A stretch of DNA of 63,285 nucleotides, the filler included, from Lenisia limosa (lineage: Eukaryota > Protista > Breviatea), in NCBI GenBank assembly GCA_001655205.1. It is 15 parts of 15 records of this genome, joined end to end, with 100 filler letters (N's around TTAATTAATTAA, not from the genome) between each part and the next. Parts side by side here need not be neighbours in the genome. Positions count along the whole stretch, not along the records: positions 11,200 to 12,687 come from LPNZ01000877.1; positions 12,788 to 14,615 come from LPNZ01006108.1; positions 14,716 to 16,104 come from LPNZ01007907.1; positions 16,205 to 24,386 come from LPNZ01000290.1; positions 24,487 to 27,524 come from LPNZ01000043.1; 10 more parts are not named here. One strand, given 5' to 3'. Positions 12,423-24,912 of the stretch are shown piece by piece; the first letter of the stretch is position 1, and each line of letters begins with the position of its first letter. The notes under the pieces were generated by a model. It saw only the letters and a program-made list of their open reading frames with translations. It was not told the DNA's origin and made no database searches. Position numbers and translations under genes: made by a program.

Positions 12423-13490
12423 GCACAGAAAGTAACGTCTTCCTCATACAGGAAGTACAATTTCCCGGCGAAAAGACGAAATAAAGAGTACACTTTAAGG
12501 ATATCTTAATACCAATTATAGCCCCTCAAACTGCTTTGCTTTACGAGAAGACCGCTTTTCTGAGAGGGTGAAAAAAAAAAGCACTTCAACTCCACAGAGA
12601 CGGATGAGCTATTTATTATATTGGAGATTAGCTTTATAGTGAGGTTAACATTTGGTTCCGTTGATTAACCAAAAAAATAGACACCTTNNNNNNNNNNNNN
12701 NNNNNNNNNNNNNNNNNNNNNNNNNNNNNNNTTAATTAATTAANNNNNNNNNNNNNNNNNNNNNNNNNNNNNNNNNNNNNNNNNNNNATCTGAGAGTCCA
12801 AGTGATCTTGGTACTTGTCCCCCCATTGGTATTTTGTCACTTATCAAATGATATAGCTATGGGAAGAAGAACGCGTGGCAATATCATGTAAAAGCTATTA
12901 CTGTGTNNNNNNNNNNGAGGAAGAGGAAGAGAAGAGGAAATGGTTGTGTGGAAGCTCACCCTGATGAAAATGAAGGTTTTTTTTTGCTTAGTTTTCCCTT
13001 TCATATTCTAGAAAGTGATGATTGTGTGAGTTCTGCNNNNNNNNNNNNNNNNNNNNNNNNNNNNNNNNNNNNNNNNNNNNNNNNNNNNNNNNNNNNNNNN
13101 NNNNNNNNNNNNNNNNNNNNNNNNNNNNNNNNNNNNNNNNNNNNNNNNNNNNNNNNNNNNNNNNNNNNNNNNNNNNNNNNNNNNNNNNNNNNNNNNNNNN
13201 NNNNNNNNNNNNNNNNNNNNNTGACAAAGTTGTAAAATAGTTATTGTGATTTTAGCTTTTATTCAGAAAAAAACACATGGCGCCCTCAGAGCAATGTAAA
13301 AAGTGTCAGAAGCATGAAATAATCATGAAAACAAGATTTTAAAATTTTTTCACATAGTATATCAGAAAATTTCACATATTTCTGGACGGTGTGATATATA
13401 CATATGATATTAATGAATATGATATCGTAATATATATTAATACATTAATATTTGCGATAAACATAAAATATGAATTAATATTATACTCTT

Positions 13491-13549
13491 ATCCGATATC
13501 TCTTATAAGCGTAATGTTGTGGACGGCTTCGACCAGATGCAACTTCATT
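13491..13549 (+). repeat. family A interspersed repeat
   Basis: ATCCGATATCTCTTATAAGCGTAATGTTGTGGACGGCTTCGACCAGATGCAAC. Confidence 0.75.
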
Positions 13550-13930
13550 AACTGACTGGGGTTCTAATTTTTACGACGTACTTGTGGTAGTCGTCAAAAC
13601 ACACAATGGGATGGGGTCAGGGGGTACACAATATAAGTACTTTTAAAAAAATTATTCTTTTTGTTGGTAAAAAAATGTTTATTAAGGAAATTAGCCTTGA
13701 TAGCAATAATGTTTTTGACTTTTGAATTGAAGAAGAACAAATCACCCCGAAAATGAAGGGCAATCAAAGTCAAGATCATTTTACTTCTAATTTGGCGAAA
13801 TAAACACAATATATCACATACTTATTTTAGTCTTGTTTTTCTCAAAAAGGGTGAATATCATAAAAAAAAAAAAAANNNNNNNNNNNNNNNNNNNNNNNNN
13901 NNNNNNNNNNNNNNNNNNNNNNNNNNNNNN

Positions 13931-13987
13931 ACTGATTTGCAATATAATTTTTCAAGGAAAATCAGTCAAGACTTATCCTGGTCACTG
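13931..13987. mobile_element. family C MITE, left end lost in gap
   Basis: GATTTGCAATA...AATCAGTCAAGACTTATCCTGGTCACTG|TA. Confidence 0.8.
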
Positions 13988-14029
13988 TATATTATTTGTT
14001 ATTATGCCATGTTTACAATATTTAATTCT

Positions 14030-14615
14030 ACAGCCTTTCTTCATTTGCCATCTGGCGTACTTGCCCGAGCGTTGGCATCACTCGCAGCTTGGTTGTTGCC
14101 ACCTACACCGAGACAACTTGTGAGCCTGATAGTGCGCTTGGACTCAGCCCCTTTCCTCTCTCAGGTGGAAAACTTGTGGCACCATGCATGGGTCTCTGCC
14201 ACCCACAAATGAAATATGTTTCCTGGAGCAAGACCCACAATCGAGGTGGACATGAGATATTGCCACCCTCTGATGAGAAACTAGCTCGGTACAGGATGGT
14301 TGGTTTCATGATGACAGTGGCAAGTCACGAAAATAGGGGCCATGTCAAACTCCTCGGTCAAAAGGTTGCGGTGACTGTGAAAATGAGTTTATTATTTATG
14401 AAAGAAAAAATTCGGTTGTATTTAAAGACAGAGAACGAATGATATCCACAAATCGTTGTGTTAAGCACAAGACCATCTTGAAAGCAAAATTGCCTTTGAA
14501 AACTACAACAAAACCAGTTATCATTAAAACGAACCTTTGGTCAGCAATGACAATAAAGGACGTCGAAGATTCAGTTGTGAAATTGGCATAAGTGCCGAAA
14601 ATGGTCTTGAAAAAG
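14030..14615. CDS. probable exons of an unidentified gene; strand and frame unresolved
   Basis: More GC-rich blocks with splice-like ends in an AT-rich segment; open frames on both strands and no recognisable motif. Confidence 0.2.
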
Positions 14616-15024
14616 NNNNNNNNNNNNNNNNNNNNNNNNNNNNNNNNNNNNNNNNNNNNTTAATTAATTAANNNNNNNNNNNNNNNNNNNNNNNNNNNNN
14701 NNNNNNNNNNNNNNNCGCGTGAGGAGGTATGCCGGCTTTGTTTTTTGTTGTGTTTTGTTTGAAGCAAGAGTACTAATAATTAGGGCTCCGTGCAATTAAT
14801 TCAAAATATAATTGTAAAATTTGAAGAGTCAATTAATTTTGTCATTAAATTGCAGGGAGTCACAAATAATAAATTCTTGGGATATCTATTTATTTCCATT
14901 TACNNNNNNNNNNNNNNNNNNNNNNNNNNNNNNNNNNNNNNNNNNNNNNNNNNNNNNNNNNNNNNNNNNNNNNNNNNNNNNNNNNNNNNNNNNNNNNNNN
15001 NNNNNNNNNCAATTTCACTCCCCA

Positions 15025-16042
15025 GGTTGAGGATCTGAAGCGGTCCAAGACCCAGGCCGACACAGCCCGCACCGCCCTGGCATCCGAACACTCCGACCTC
15101 GCCACTGCCCTCAATGAGGCCCTTGGCCGCGCCGAGAACGTCGAGGGTGGGGGGATGAGAACGTCGAGGGTTTGGGGATGAGAACGTCGAGGGTGGGGCT
15201 TTTGGGTCTACGCGTGGAATCACCAAGAAAACTGAAATTTTATTAAAGTTTCTCTTCTATTCCCAACATTCACAACATTCATATATAACACATAAAAACG
15301 GACATTTCTCATTTATTCCATACAGGACAACTCTTACGCGCTGAACGCGGACGTGCTGACGAAGAAGAGGCCAAGAAACATGCTGAGGCTGATAGAGACA
15401 ACGCCATTGTAAGAGGCGTACTTTTGGAGCGTGGGGTGTGGGTTGATTGTTTCCCCTCAACTTTGCGTTGGGTTTGTGATTATTATTTCATTAATTTTTC
15501 TATTTCACGTGAGGATGGGTCAGAAGCGACTGGCCTGGGCTNNNNNNNNNNNNNNNNNNNNNNNNNNNNNNNNNNNNNNNNNNNNNNNNNNNNNNNNNNN
15601 NNNNNNNNNNNNNNNNNNNNNNNNNNNNNNNNNNNNNNNNNNNNNNNNNNNNNNNNNNNNNNGAACCGACTCCAGGCTGAGGCTGAGGCGTCCGAGGCCT
15701 TGCAGAAGGCGGCTGAGGCAGATCAGGCTCTCGAGGAGGCTATTGCTGCGAAAAAGGTAGCTGGGCTGTTCAGCTAACTGGCAACTTCTCCTCATTTATT
15801 TCAAGTTTCCTCTTTACTTCCCAAATAAGGCTATTTCCTCTGTACTTACCATAATAGGCAGCCGAGTCGAAGGCACGTGACGCCCTTAAGGCCCAGACCC
15901 AGGCCGAAAAAGCCCGGACCGCAGCTGAACGTGAAGCCCGCGAGGCCACCATTGCTCAAAGTCGTGCTGATGCGTTAAGTGCCGATCTTGTGCGCCAGTT
16001 GGAGGAGGCTGAAGCCGAGTCCACTGCCGCTTTGGAACAGGT
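15025..16042 (+). CDS. Ala/Glu-rich coiled-coil protein, partial
   Basis: In-phase exons QVEDLKRSKTQADTARTALASEHSDLATALNEALGRAENVE / GQLLRAERGRADEEEAKKHAEADRDNAI / NRLQAEAEASEALQKAAEADQALEEAIAAKK / AAESKARDALKAQTQAEKARTAAERE. Confidence 0.65.
15134..15198 (+). repeat. 23-bp tandem triplication of an exon end and 5' splice site
   Basis: GAGAACGTCGAGG|GT(G/T)..GGGAT x3. Confidence 0.9.
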
Positions 16043-16509
16043 GTGCTTGATACAAAGATGTTTGTTTCCCCTAAATTCCCCTTTTTCACCCCCCCCCCCC
16101 ATGGNNNNNNNNNNNNNNNNNNNNNNNNNNNNNNNNNNNNNNNNNNNNTTAATTAATTAANNNNNNNNNNNNNNNNNNNNNNNNNNNNNNNNNNNNNNNN
16201 NNNNCCAGGTTCTGAAAGAAGGGCGCTTACGTCGGAGTGCTAAAGCCCAGTCAGGGATGTAGTTTCAAGGTTTCTATAGTTCTAAGGTCTAAGTTTTAGT
16301 GCGATGTATATTGTTTGTAATGTAGTTTCTTGGTATGTTTTTTGTTTTTACTTGGTGAATCATGGAGGTAGGAATCCGTCTTCCTGATCTGCCACGTCAG
16401 GTTCCTTCTGTTAACCCCCTCCCCCCATACTGTACGTAATCAACTCATCAACTCTCTTTAATTGTTATCAAGGTTGTACTCCAATAGTTCCATAAGTTGG
16501 ACATAAATT

Positions 16510-17970
16510 TGACAAAACTATAACCGAAAGCTAAGTGGATACGTCTTCAAATTCACCATCATGGTCAACATAGAGAATGCCCAGTGTTTTGTCCAAATTC
16601 TAAAACAGTTAAGAGAAGCAGATCATCAAATCCATATAGTGTCCATCTCTCTGTATTACCCGCCAGATGACACTCCATAACCAACTTTCACTCCACAGTT
16701 CTGTTGTTTTAAAGTTGCCGCGTGGGGAGTCTCGAACTAGAAACTGAATTAAGGCAATACTAATAGATACTTAAGTAAAATCCAGGTAGCTGGCATTATA
16801 TAATACAGCTTGCTGTATACTCCACACTAGGCCAATTCCCTACGTTCTCGTTGTAATACTCTTTCGCCTCCGGACACTTCTTTACGATCGCTTCGGCAAC
16901 AAAGAACAGCCCCTTCATCCCGGCAAGGTGCAGCGCTGTGTTACCCTGAACGCATTATATTAGTGTGGATTCAGCTGAAACACCTAATCAAAGGAGATAG
17001 TAAATGATATTCCATAGCATTATCATTCTATATAATATTGTATACTAATACACTGTTGTTATACCCACATGTCTGTCACTGTTGTTATACTACCCACATG
17101 TCTGTCACTCTTCGAGAAATCGGTTTCCGTTTTGACCAGCATAAGTGCCGTGGCCTCCACCCCGGACTGACAGGCGTGCATCAGCGGACTGTAGCCCTGG
17201 TCCGATAAAAATAAATACAATGGAATAGTACTAGCAGTGTCTTTGGTGGTTAAGGGCTTCTCAAAATTCCAAAATAAAGTCTAGTGAAATATCCCCTGAA
17301 ATACGCTGTTAGACTTTGTGACCGAAGGCCAAGTACATAAACAATTCCTGGGGATAAGTGTGTATTCCACTTACTGATCACAAATTATCGAAACATACTG
17401 ATGAATTATCACCCCAAACCAGATGGTCTTGTTTCTGAGAGTTCACGCCGAGATGCATCAGTTTTGACACCAGCGAACTATGCCCTTTGGAGCAGGCAAG
17501 GTGCAGTGGACTGCGACCCTAAAATAGTTACTGATTTCCGGAAACGTTTTGGTACTAAGATAAATAATATATGATAGATCTTTATCGAGGCAAACCTGGA
17601 AATCAAGCTTGTTTGCCTCTGCCCCCTTTTTCAGCACCAAATCCACGAGATTGGACTGGCCAGCTTCACATAACTGATGCAGAACGGTTTGGCCCTATTT
17701 GGGTGAGTTTCAGAGAACTTTTGCCCCCCTCCCCTTCCCTTATTTGGATGATGAACATGACAGCACCCCTTACTGCGGTTCAGTGCTGTGTTGTTCCACC
17801 AAATAAAAAATAGCCTCCTCCCTCCCGTCACTCACACTCCCTCCCACATTATCATTAGTCTCAAGAGGGTCGAAAGAAGGGTCGTCCAGTTGGAACTGTA
17901 TGGCTGAAAAGAAGCCCTTTGCAATGTTTTCCGATATCGGATTACTTGGAGCTTCCGGAGGTACCTGGGG
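16510..17970 (-). CDS. ankyrin-repeat protein (at least 4 repeats)
   Basis: Spliced exons give GQTVLHQLCEAGQSNLVDLVLKKGAEANKLDFQ, GRSPLHLACSKGHSSLVSKLMHLG, GYSPLMHACQSG and DRH-GNTALHLAGMKG (GxTxLH ankyrin consensus). Confidence 0.85.
17051..17109 (-). repeat. 26/29-bp tandem duplication of an exon end and 5' splice site
   Basis: Reverse strand reads AGTGACAGACAT|GTGGGT..ATAACAAC twice. Confidence 0.85.
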
Positions 17971-18189
17971 GGTGATACAAACTTCAAAACAAAAAAAAAC
18001 CATAATCAACTCCGCGCTGATACTATTTTAGATGAAACAAAATTGTGAGACAAAAACCCACAAACAATATCAGCTCTATCGCTTAGGCAGAAAAAAAAAA
18101 ATAATAATAAATAAATAAAATAAAAAAAATACTATAAGTAGATCAGATGACGCTAAATCATTTTCACATTACTCCAAGACACTAATTTC

Positions 18190-19552
18190 AAAACCCCAGC
18201 CAACATCTCTGTCCATGTAGAAGGGATGGGCGGAAGTAGCCAAGCTGACATCCTCAGGTAGCTGCGTCTTTGTGTTGATCTCTTGAGCTTGCTTCTACGG
18301 AGTGGAAATTATACAGTTGTGTAACAAAACCCCGAAAGATCACACTCTTCGCAAAGCTGTTGAGATAGACATAATCAAACTACTACGAAGTTGATTGTGA
18401 CTGATTCACAAATATGGAAGCTAAATTGAGTATTGCCAGGCACTGTGTTTATACATTTTACGTCATAGTAAGTAGCAAAACGAGTAAACTGCGTGTATCT
18501 GTGTGAGCTCACCGTTCCCCTCCATCCTTTACAACTATCACCGCTGATTATTTACAACATTAAGGTTTCACGACATGTTCAGCTTACCTTGGCTTGGATT
18601 TCCTTTTTGGTCATCCTGAAATTATTAAAAGATTTCACCAGTTTAACGAGTCATTCAAGGAAGAAACTATCATTCTTGGCTTTCTTGTTTAAATATTTTG
18701 ACAGCGCCCCATTGGTAAACATGGATAGGGAAGCCTTAAACCATCACCATCCACCCTCACACCTTTCCCTCTCCTGTAGCTTTTTATTAAGCCCGTACTT
18801 GTTCCTGTCATGAATCTGAGGCTTGCGGTACTATAAATGTGAATAAAATGTGAATTAAACAACCAAGTAACAGCACCGAGGGATACGCAAAAGATGAACA
18901 TTCTCCCATCACTCACATCCCATCCAACCTGGTCCGTGCCTTTTCCGACTTTCTCATGGTACAACGCGGGGCGGAAGATGTTCTTTCCCCGACGCTGAGA
19001 TGTTAATTCCCTTCAATCCAAAAAAGACGTCCCAATACATATTTGATATACTACCAAGAATATATGGGTAATTCAGTCATTTTGGGGACTGAAACCCTGT
19101 TGCTATATTTACGGTATCAAAATAATACGAAGATGTATTACCCGGCCACTAGGTTGGTGAGTAAGGTTTTTTATAACTTATAAATGTGTTGTAATGTAAC
19201 ACTGGCTGGGATATCAATGTCCTTTAAGCATCATGCCCTCTCACTTCAGCTGCGAGCTTTCTCAAATACGCGGGGTAGTTGTCATCTCGAGATTGGAGGG
19301 TGTTCGGCTGTGTTTTAGGATGTGGTGCTTGTCTCTGAAGATGGTCAATTTAAAATTAACAAGAAAACACCATGGCCGATTGGCTACAAGCAAGCAAGCA
19401 CAAATGAGCGAACCAAATCAGACAAGATTGACAAGGGTTACAGGTGAGGTGATAAGCTGTTGTCCTTATTTCAACTATTTTCAAATAATAAAGCAATTAG
19501 CAAAAGAGTCAATCACCTCGATTTCACGAATTTCAAAAGGCTGGAAGATCAT
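18190..19552 (-). CDS. upstream exons, possibly the N-terminus of the ankyrin protein
   Basis: Candidate ATG at 19552 (MIFQPFEIREIE) and short exons (RDDNYPAYLRKLAAE, GKNIFRPALYHEKVGKG, KASLSMFTNGALSKYLNKK) on the same strand as the ankyrin exons. Confidence 0.4.
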
Positions 19553-19815
19553 GATTCAACGCCTATGACGTATGTCGCGTGCGGTTGCGGTTCTCGGCAA
19601 TCCCTGCAACTATGTTGTTCAAGCAGCTATTAATAATACTTCAGAGGAACAGAATCGTAAAAGAAGCGTACGTTGTTTTCGAACCATAATATTATAACCC
19701 GTAGTATTTATATAGCTTCCTTTTAACCCCAGATTTGAAATCGTTTCCTCCTTTTTATGCGTGTTTAAAGCCAATAGTTAGTTAGCAGAAGAAGTATAGG
19801 GTATAATAATTGAAA

Positions 19816-22800
19816 ATGGGAAAGCATCGTTCTGCAGTTAGTTCTAAGGACAAGGTTGGTTGCGTTCGAGTCTTCTATCCGCCCATTTGCACTATAATAT
19901 GATAATTTAACGGTTGTACAGGCAAGCGGTTTCTTATCTTCCGTGTCGTCCCTCTACGAAACTGCAATTGGATGGATCACCCCTACAAAGAAGGCTGTCA
20001 AGGACACAGAGGAGGAGGGAAGAAGAAGCAGAGGGCGGACGGTCAAGAGGCATTTATATGAAGAAGAAGAGAAGGAGCAAGAGGGACCGAAAAAGAGATC
20101 ACGGCGTGATGAAGATGATGAGCTTGAGAACGCTCTGTTTGATGATGAGAAGGAAAGGCAGTCTGTGAAGAGAAGTCGAGGCACACCAGGCTCTCGCAGA
20201 AGGCATCATTTCAAATCTCCCTCAGAAAGAACCCCATTTTACCGAGTTTTTGAGGTGGGTGATGGAGCTAGGGTTGTTAAAGAATATCACAATATCACGG
20301 TTGGATCCTCTCTGCGCCTTTGACACGTACACATCTCCGGATGTATTCTGATTTGCTCTCTGGTTTTCTTTGCTATTACACCATGTGTGAAACCTTCTCC
20401 TCCTCCTGGGGTTTAGAGAATTAGTTATTTTATCACCAAAATGCAGTTAATGATAACAAAAAACAAAACGATGGGGTTAGTGTGTCAAAATCAACAAAGT
20501 ACCCTTTCATGTAAAAGTCCTTTTTGGCATGTAAGAGCCACATTATATCTTTTATCTGAATAGCGGATGCCTTATGATGTTGATAAGATTGTAAAATTGT
20601 GCAATTTATCTTTTCAACTGGCTTATGAACACAGGCAAACCGACAGTACTCCAACCCCACCACTCCCCTCGGCCTCCCTGCACCTCCTCAAACAAGTGGG
20701 GTTGAAACCTTCCATTTCATAAGAATCACAATTACCTCCGGGGAATAGACTATTAAACACTCCTGTAGAGTATTTTCTTTCATACACCGGCTATGTATAT
20801 ATATATTTTATGTGGCTCCTGAACGATATGAGTAACACGTGCATCTTTTGAAATTACATATCTTATGATTATAGGTTGACCAAATACATACTAGATAGTG
20901 CTTGCACCTTGAACTCCTTCATATAGTACTCTTCTTATTACCCAGACATCCCCCAAACCATCTACGCAGACCCCCGCCGCTCCACTTCACCATGTATGAA
21001 CCACTTTCTGGTTTATTTGCTTGTTGCAGTATTCAGAGTTTAGATCATCACATACATTCTATCGCTTGAAATATCCCAAAAGAGGCTGACCTGGGCTTTG
21101 TTTGTTTTGTTGTTTTCAAACCTTATTGTGAATCTCAAATGGTTTGATTTTATCCCCCAACTCACACCGAAGCACTTCCCAATGAAACTGCCAAGGGTGC
21201 AGCGAGTTGTGCGGTGTATTTCGCCACCAAAATGGCCAAAGGTGGGGATAAGGTGTTTGATTTGCGATGGATAGTTTGATTGTATTTGAACTATTGTTGC
21301 ACTGATGTGATGGTATGGTTAGGTTCACACACACAAAACATTTTTTGAAGATCTCAAATGTTAGTTTCGTTTGTATTTATTTCCTATCTCCCCACCACCT
21401 TGACCACTTGAAGGAGGAGAGAATCCCAATGAAATATTTGAGAGAGCCGTGGCCTACGCTCGTGATATTTGCTTCTACGGCCAGCAGCAGGTTTGGCTAA
21501 AAGGGGAATATGTTAGATGGGGAATTGCCCCTCCATTTTTATTAAGATGAATTGAAGTGTTTTGTGGTTCCCGTATGCCTTCAATGTTTTAATGAGCCCA
21601 TATTTGAAAGTAGTATAGAGTAAACATGACATATTAAAGATAAACCATACTGGGTACCCCTTGTGGTTGCGTGTTTTTGCCTTTTCCAGGTACAGCCATT
21701 TTCCATTGCTTTCCTTTGCTATTTCCGCATTTTGACCACTTTAGCCTGAGGGCCTAGATATCAGCCACCATGCCACAAAACGAGTGGGGCGTGAGATGAA
21801 GCAAGCCATGGCTAATATGAGCTTTTTTTTATAAACATACTACGTACTACGTAATATGGAAGTTCATAGATCCTTTGTAAACCTTTCTGACTGCTCAGGT
21901 GCACTTTTCACCAGGTCACGCAGTTGTCGGCCACAAGCCTGCTGGAGAGGTTGGGATGGCTTCGTGTGGTTGTTTTTGTTCTTCTTCTTATTCCAACGTT
22001 AATGTCATACTCTTTGTGAATACTGACCTAACCGACGCAGGCGAGAGGCTCAATGCCCACAGACGAGACCATTCTTAAGTCGCCGGCACGCGACATCGAC
22101 GGCGAGTCCCGAGCCAACCGCTCTGTTATTGAGGTGGGTATTGTTTATTGAAGTGAAGCGTGGATCTGCTGTTTGATACCGTCATTTTATCCAACGCTTT
22201 AGGAGCCTCTTGAAGATGTGGACAGCACCGAGTTCAGCCCCATTGTCCCTGGTTTGCTGGAGTGGCTTTAAGTAGTACCGCTACTATATTCAATTGGGTG
22301 TAGAATCAAATTTCAATATACTAGTATGATATTTTGGTTAGAATACCATTCGAATCGTTTTGGTGATAGTATCCGTGATTTCTCCTTCACTCACGTATTA
22401 GGCTTGGTCGGCATTATGCACAGACATTACTCCAATCATACACTCATCACCCTTTCATGTATTCGCCGATCACCCCGATTATTAACATAGAAGGACATCA
22501 TAATCACCTCCTTACAGCTTATCAGACATCAGGAATCATGTATCAAACAATATACTTTACACTCATCCAATATAAATATTCCATGCTTTTCCTTCACACT
22601 CATCCGATATAAATATTCCATGTTTTTCCTTCACACTCATCCGATATAAATATTCCATGCTTTTCCTTCACACTCATCCCATATATAAATATTCCATGCT
22701 TTTCCTTCACTATTCCAGGCTGGATTTGCGTTACATGCCATATGCCGAACAAAGGAGAAGACTCCGTCTGTGTCCATTGCCAAGCGTTGAGACCAACTAA

Positions 22801-24330
22801 GCCCTCAATTGGACTCATCACCCCCCAGGTATTCTTGGATTAATTCAAGTATGTAATTGTGGTGGTGTGGCTTACATTATTTGTAAAAGAGGAATCCGTT
22901 CCTACTTCTTACTTGTTCAGAAACCCCCCACGAAATCCCTGAGGAAAGTCATGACCCGTAAGCACATGGGAAGAGAGCAATAAATTAAGCACATGGGAAG
23001 AGAGCAATAATTCAGTTCCCTTAGATAATACCAAGTACTTTGTAATTGGGATCATGGCTGACAGCTATCTGTACTATCCTGTTTTATTATGAGTATTTTT
23101 TTGTCAGAGAGTTGTGTTGTATTTGATTAAATACAACTCCCCATCTTTACCCCCCTCCCAGCCAGCCGCCCCATTGTGGTGTCTGAGAACTATTCCTTCG
23201 AAGCACCGAAGCAAAAGGTTGGCAGAATGGTGGTGCATGGGCATTTGGGGTAATAGATACACAGCATATTGGCGGCTGTTCTTCGATCTTACTTTTTGTT
23301 TGTGTTATGTGTGTTTGTACGTCTAAATGTGAATACTTGTTTTTTAACCACCCTATCCGTCCGTATTGTACAGGGACTCATTTGTTGCAGTCTCCCCAGC
23401 GCCCTGCTGTGTGGATGTGCCCCCACTGCAAGTCCCCCAACACCCAGGCTTCGGTTATCTGCATTGCGTGTTGTACTGCTAAAGGTCAGCCGATGGAATG
23501 TTTGTTAATGCTAAATGCTGGCTAAGTTAGCTAAAGAATTCAATGTCCGCAAATGTTAATTAAATAATGTGTGTTAATGTACCAATGTGCTACAATTATC
23601 TTTTTATTACATTATTCTTGTACTCACTTGAAACATTACCCGCATTACTCACGCTTTAGACGCTCTGGAGAAGCCAAAGTCACCCACGCCACCCTCCATC
23701 GCGCTTGAAGCCGAGGAGGAGAGCTGGAAGTGTCAGTGCTGCGAAACCGTCAATACCGGGGCGGTCTGCTGCGTCTGCATGGTGTCTAAGCCAACTCCCG
23801 AACAAATCGTAGTGTAGGGGGGGGGGGTGACAGATTTAGCATTATATTGGGGATTTATTCCAAAACAATGTGAAGCCATTCGCCGGAGACCAATTCACAC
23901 GTATCATTTCCAATATCAGAGGGAGCCTTGCCATCTCTTTGTGACTCACCTCACGCTGTTCACAGGACTGAGGAAGACAAGCCTGCTGCCAAAATGGACC
24001 TTTCTGCCACTCTTGCATGTGGGTTAAGTGGTGCTATTGTGTTGTTATGTTAAAATGAGCATTCGTCCTTCTCAACTACCCACATTAGTAAAATAGTCGG
24101 TTATCGTTTTGTGTATGCACGGTGTAACCGAACTCCAACCGACCCAATTTGAAGCTCATCCTTTCAGTCGACAACGCCGGCGGTGGATTCACATTCGGTG
24201 CACCCGACGCCCTGCCTTGGACCTGTGACTGCGGCACTGAGAACACGTCATCCTCCTGCTCAGTGTGCTGCAAATCCAAACCGGAGGGAACCGTCTTGGA
24301 GCCCCAGGGTTTTGTTTTTGGAGGTATGAT
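19816..24330 (+). CDS. RanBP2-type zinc-finger protein with FG motifs (Nup153-like), 3' truncated at spacer
   Basis: Four W-x-C..C-x3-N..C-x2-C fingers: WICVTCHMPNKGEDSVCVHC (~22720), WMCPHCKSPNTQASVICIAC (~23410), WKCQCCETVNTGAVCCVC (~23725), WTCDCGTENTSSSCSVC (~24215). Also GGFTFG and GFVFGG motifs and a basic N-terminus. Nucleoporin identity is inference. Confidence 0.7.
22559..22708 (+). repeat. 37-bp tandem repeat x4 upstream of a 3' splice site
   Basis: ACACTCATCCGATATAAATATTCCATGCTTTTCCTTC at 22559, 22596, 22633 and 22670; acceptor AG at 22717-22718. Confidence 0.9.
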
Positions 24331-24912
24331 TCTCCACCCGGTGACTTGCTTTGTCAGTACGTAAAATTGAACCAACAGCTCTCTCTNNNNNNNNNNNNNN
24401 NNNNNNNNNNNNNNNNNNNNNNNNNNNNNNTTAATTAATTAANNNNNNNNNNNNNNNNNNNNNNNNNNNNNNNNNNNNNNNNNNNNCGAGCTTGATCCCC
24501 AGAAGAATTTTCTCTACGGTGGAGGGAACATCCCCCAATAGTCTGGGTTGGTCCTTTTTGTTTTGTTTTGTAAATTATGAATGTAGATATTTTAGTATTT
24601 AATTGGTGAAGCGGAGTAAATTTTTAATACATACATACTGTGTCTACTGGTGCAAATTAGTGACATTGAAAGTTTGTTTAAAATCAATACACCGGATGAT
24701 TGCCGGATGAATTTGATTATGGTAATAATATGATGATATGTCCGACTTAGGCAGTTATAAATCAAACGTGGATATGCATCATATCATCATCATTGAGTTG
24801 AAAGAAAATACGTGTTTAAGTCCAAAGGCAAAAAGATGAGATGAACCGAGTGGGATCCCACGATCTTATAACAAAAAATCAATTGAATGAAAAAAAAACA
24901 CTAAAGTTCAGT

